Part shown: positions 59,401-64,000 of the stretch, in pieces | Position numbering within the stretch: position 1 is the first letter of the stretch | Layout of the letters: the number at the start of each line of letters is the position of its first letter | NCBI RefSeq assembly: GCF_025526975.1 | Contig: NW_026515688.1 | Coordinates: 1-64,000 of the forward strand | Direction: 5' to 3' | DNA length: 64,000 nt | Origin: Fimicolochytrium jonesii | Lineage: Eukaryota | Made by a program: the position numbers and the translations under genes | Notes under the pieces: model-generated | Told to the model about the DNA's origin: nothing | What the model saw: only the letters and a program-made list of their open reading frames with translations | Database searches by the model: none

Positions 59401-61201
59401 ACTGTATCCACAAGGTCGTATCCCCCCATGGTCGGTTCGCACATTCCTTCCTCTCCAAGAGAGAATCTTGGTGCCCGCCGGTCTTTGAACGCGGCGACAC
59501 ATACCGATACTCCTTGGACATAAATAGGGGGCGGGGAGTGGCGTGGACCCGCCCTGTCGCCCCGCCATCGCCGTGGGGAGATGTCATCGACCGTATTGGC
59601 GACCCAACCCTCCTCGACCTACACGTCACGCCGCCTCCTCCGCTTCCTCAACCCCCTTCGCTAAACTCCGTGGAACCATCGTTCAGCATAATTTTTCATG
59701 CCCAGAAGCCTTCCCCCAACAGGGAAGCCCGATGGTCGCCACGCACCGCAATAGAGCGTTCCCCGCCTGGCATGCTCTTGTATGTTTGAGGGGACGTGAG
59801 AAGAGAAAAAGGAGTCTCCTTTCCGTAGGGGGTCCGAACTGTCTTGGTTTCCTGGCAAAGGGGTTTGGGTTCCCACGCCCGAGTCGACTCGCCCTCGAAG
59901 CCCGCAATTGTTCTAACCTCAGCTCCACCGCTAAACGGACGTCAGGTACGATGAAATGTGTCCTCAACCCCGTCTCAGAAACCCCATTTTCTTGCATGAG
60001 TCTGGGTATGGGGGGGAAACAACGACAAGCGGTACAGATACGGACGGCGCCGGGGGCAAAAATCTGTGGAGGGTGGATTGACAGGATGCCCGTCAGTACA
60101 GTCCTTCCGTTCACTTCGAAACAGGCCCGCCGTCCAATGCTATCCACTCGGAAGAGCAATGAAAAACAGGTTCGTTCAGCTCGCCTGGCGACGTTAGTGT
60201 ACATACAGTTTTCGTTCAATGCCTCACTTCGGGCCTTGGTATTCGGCAGATGAGCGCCCTTTGAGGGTGTTCTGGAAAAAACACAGGCTGCCAGCCCGGG
60301 GAAACTCCACGGCTACCTAAAGGCAAATAATCTATGCACCGCATCTTCTGACGCGCATGTGTCGCCCCTCTGCAACAAGTCCAACACCGCGCAAAAAGTC
60401 TTTCCATCAAACATGCCCCCATCTATTCATAAAGATGTGCCCCCGTATTCCTGTGAGCCCTCCATTCTATATGATATCACCGTCGCCCCTCATGTGTTCC
60501 TCGCTGGGCTCGGGTGCCAGGGGTGCCTCCCCATCATAAGACAAAGCCGTCCTCCCCTAAAACCTGCCACTACCTCTAACATTCTCCCGGCCATCTATCT
60601 CTATTCTAATCGCTAACCCCCTCCCTTCCTATCCCTAAACAGCAAAACACCCCCCGCCCTGACTCCTCTTGTACATCTGTTCCTCCACATGTGCCAATAA
60701 AGTGTTGAGACAGATAATTTGGGCGCGGCGGTGCATGCGGGCTTGTTTTGTTGCTGTCGAGTCGGTGACGAATGCGAGTGTTGTTGGTGGGGTTGGGATG
60801 GTTGTAGTGTTGACTGTTGAGAGTGTTGGGGTGCGATCATTAAGGTTGAGTTGGGATGAGCGTGGAAGGGTTGGGAGGGAACTCACTGAGTTGTTTGAGG
60901 CGTCGTTTTAGGGTGCGGTTCTGTGAACGGGGCGTTGATCGTTAGCCATAATGGATCGCGACAGAATTTGAAGCATGGTAGGCATACCGTCAAGCCGCCT
61001 TCAACAGATGCCGTGGTCGCTACACGGAAAAAAGAACCGATTATAATTCCCCTTCCATCCCTCATGGAATACTTTCTTTGCGTGACTCACAGCTACTAGC
61101 ACTACTCCCACTCGCCACCGTACTCCTCGACTCTGTCCTATCCGCCCTGACCAAATTCCCCGGCGGTTTTTTCTGCTTCGTTTTCGCTACTGCAGTCGCT
61201 C

Positions 61202-61942
61202 TAAACGTGGATGTCGATGGCAACGACACGGTGCTTCTGCTGCTGCTGTTGCTTTGAGACGCATGTTGAGGCTGCTCTAAAAACCAAGGATGTTGGGCAG
61301 CGGTGAGCGGAGTGAAGGATGGCCGAGCGAAGCGAAGCGACAGATGAGTGATGGTGGGCGAAGCGAAGGTTGATGGGGGTTAGATGGTTGGAAGGTCGGA
61401 TAATTAATGACACCCTGCTCGCTCCGCCGGCGACGAGGAGGTTGGCCTGCGTGGATGAGGGGAATCTTGCGCCTTTGGCGCAATGTGGTGCTCGCTGAGG
61501 CTCGCTAAGAGTTGCCTCCGTTCGGCCACTCACCATGTGTAGAATCCCTCCCCACCCCAATAATCTTCCCATTAATCTCCGGCATAGACCTGGGCCTCCA
61601 TCCCCCCCCACTCCCCACATTCACACCTGCCGGACAAAACGGACGTCGTTTATTCTCATCTTTCCGTCGCGGTTTTGGTTGCTGCTGTTTTTTCGTTAAT
61701 TGCCGTGATGGAACACATAGACCGGTAAGGGAGCGGCCTCCGCCGGGCAGGGTGATGGATGGTGTACGGGAGGATGAGAGGGAGAGACGTTTTCCGCCGA
61801 GGATGAGGGTGGTGGGGACTTCTTGGGTGTTGGTGGGGAGGATGACGGTTGGGGAGGCGTATGCAGCGAGCATCTTTGGCGATGACTTTTGCCCAAAGGG
61901 GAATGGGAGGAGTGGGGACACTACAGCGAAGCGTGCAGGCAT
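61202..61942 (-). CDS. Possible spliced hypothetical gene, divergent from the ING gene
   Basis: 145-aa ORF plus GTGAGT (61533) and TTTTTAG (61277) splice-like sites; no recognised domain. Confidence 0.25.
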
Positions 61943-62276
61943 ATACAGTAGGACAGGGTATCAGCCTGCTGTGCGTGCCAGTGGGGAATAGGGAATAGCT
62001 TGGGCGCTTCTCGAGGTCCCTCTTTGCCTAACGCCCTGTGAGCCCTTTGCTGAGTGAGCGTGGGAAACTGGAGAGAATGGGCAACGGGGCGACTTGCGAC
62101 TTGGACCGACGACGACGGCTGTGCGCAACCACCACCCTCACATTAGCACTCACTCTGCCCCAACCCTACAACAACCCCAGCAGCCCCGCTGAAACCCAGC
62201 CAGCGGCAGGACTAGCGCCAAAGGAGCCCCTACACTCCCCTCCCTCTCGAGACTTCGAATGACTCCTGCACCAGCA

Positions 62277-64000
62277 ATGGCCCTCTTATACCTAGAGGTA
62301 CCCTCACCCCTACACCCTTCCCACTACTACCCCCACCATACCATATCGCTGCTAACACCCACCACCCCTCCCTCGTACGCAGGACTACCTCGACAGTAAG
62401 CACTCCCCCACCTTGCCGCTGCTTGTCAAAACGACCGCCGCGCGGTGTTTCCTTAAAACGTGGGACAGTGTTCTTACCATTCCGTTGTTATGTAACTCCC
62501 CCCGCAGCGATCGAGTCCCTCCCAATTGAGCTCGGTCGAAACTTCTCCCTGGTTAATACCCCCTGTCTCGTCTACGTACCAATAGCCATTCCGAATTTAC
62601 TTATTTCCATGTTCAGATGAGAGAACTCGACTCCCGCGCCCACGACGCAACAACCCGCATATCAACCGATACTAAGAAGTTTATGGATGATCTGAAGGAT
62701 TTGAACCCAGAAGAGGTGGAAAATAGATTGAAGGAGATTTCGAGGTGTTTGAAGGAGACGCTTAGGCATGGGGAGGAGAAGGTCGCGCTGGCTGTTCAGA
62801 CTTATGAAATGGTGGGTGCGAGAGCCGAGCGATGGCGAGCCCCTCGATTGGCGAGCGTTAGCGAGTCACGTTAATTAGCGAGCGAGCGTCAGATCTTTTA
62901 GCGAGCAAAGCGAGCTACGCTCCTGCCCACCGCAACCCAACCTCCTCACCGTCGCGAGCGGAGCGAGCAGGATGTCGCTTCTTCCATCAACCAACCTTCG
63001 CTTCGCTTCGCAACGCTTTATCCATCCACACTCACTCCATTCGGCTGACCCACTTTCGTTCGCTTCGCTTCCCTCCTTGTATTTTTTGCAGGTCGACAAA
63101 CACTGCCGCCGGCTAGACGACGACCTTTCCAAATTCGAAGAAGAGCAAATGACCGGGCCTAAAGCCTACGGATCGATGAACGTCGATGTGTCCTCCCACA
63201 GCCGCGGATCCACTGCTTTCCAAAAGGGTGATAAGCGTGGCTTACCCGGTGCGGGTGGGGAGACGCCCAAAAAGAGTGAGTTCGTGTGATTGCGCATTTG
63301 CGTTTTTTGAACGGTGGTTGACCATGGGATCGATTTTATACTTTAGAGCAAAAACGGGGCACGCCACGTCTGGAGGATCGCTCGACACCCAAACCGGGGA
63401 ACGACACGCGCGCGTCTTCGGTCGCTGACAGGGACTTGGTGTCGCAAAATAATAAGAAGAGCTCGGCGGCGACGCAGGGGAAGAATACCAAGAAAATGTA
63501 CGGTTGTTTGCATCCCTTCCTATCACACGCCCAGACTTATCTCATAACATTTTTTGACAGTGTATCAACAACCACCCACCCAACCCTCGATAAACGTCCA
63601 ACGGCAACAACGACAACAACAACAGCTACGACGGGTGCGGGGTTGAAGGATAAGATAGTGATGGATTTACCGATTGATCCGAACGAGCCGACGTATTGTA
63701 TTTGTGGGCGGGTTAGTTTTGGGGATATGATTGGGGTGAGTAACGGAAGGATGGTGGTGGTTATTGTGGGGGTGGTTTGGTGATTGGTGGATGATGCTGA
63801 CTATGTGGTTTTTTTAAAATGATTTAGTGTGATAATTCGGATGTAAGTTTTCTCCTCTCGTTGCATGTACAAGACATCCTCATATGCCAACCCCTTTTTC
63901 CCACACATAGTGCGACCTGGAATGGTTCCACTACGAATGCGTCGGCCTCACCGCGCCACCTAAAGGGTCGTGGTTCTGTCCCGCGTGTGCTGCTACGCAT
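62277..64000 (+). CDS. ING-family PHD finger protein (Yng2/Pho23-like), many micro-exons, 3' end outside the window
   Basis: [82 protein letters not shown]. Confidence 0.93.

Noticed and set aside
56500..61200. 4.7-kb stretch with many short ORFs
   Set aside because: No domain, repeat, terminal repeat or RNA gene that I could support; probably decayed or non-coding.

Overview
Intron-rich eukaryotic DNA, most likely a fungus; the Zn2Cys6 factor, Crinkler-like domain and soluble-adenylyl-cyclase fragment point to a zoosporic or early-diverging lineage (inference). Positions 1-17 kb are a transposon-rich accessory block. It holds (i) a three-level nest of LTR retroelements: a copia RT interrupted by a gypsy LTR+gag, itself interrupted by an LTR related to the chromovirus below; (ii) about 6 kb of orphan ORFs including a US22/SUKH-like gene; and (iii) a complete hAT DNA transposon (15-bp TIRs, 8-bp TSD) whose transposase is split by a full-length Ty3/gypsy chromovirus with self-priming and -1 frameshift signals. 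Positions 17-64 kb carry host genes: F-box/ankyrin protein, cytochrome P450, SNF2 ATPase with twin Zn fingers, Rossmann oxidoreductases, ABCC transporter, a degenerate mitochondrial-type Hsp70, MARK/KIN1-like kinase, kinesin, Zn2Cys6 factor, ARF fusion, CRN-TM-WD40 pseudogene and an ING PHD protein that runs off the window end. The most unusual observations are a related GCGA/TCGC-rich sequence inside the introns of two (probably three) unrelated genes, a tRNA-Gln-like sequence inside the hAT element, a 135-bp tandem array built from hairpins, and an exon-scale C-to-G skew. All calls were made by eye with no searches run. Several frameshifts lie in short homopolymers and could be assembly errors.
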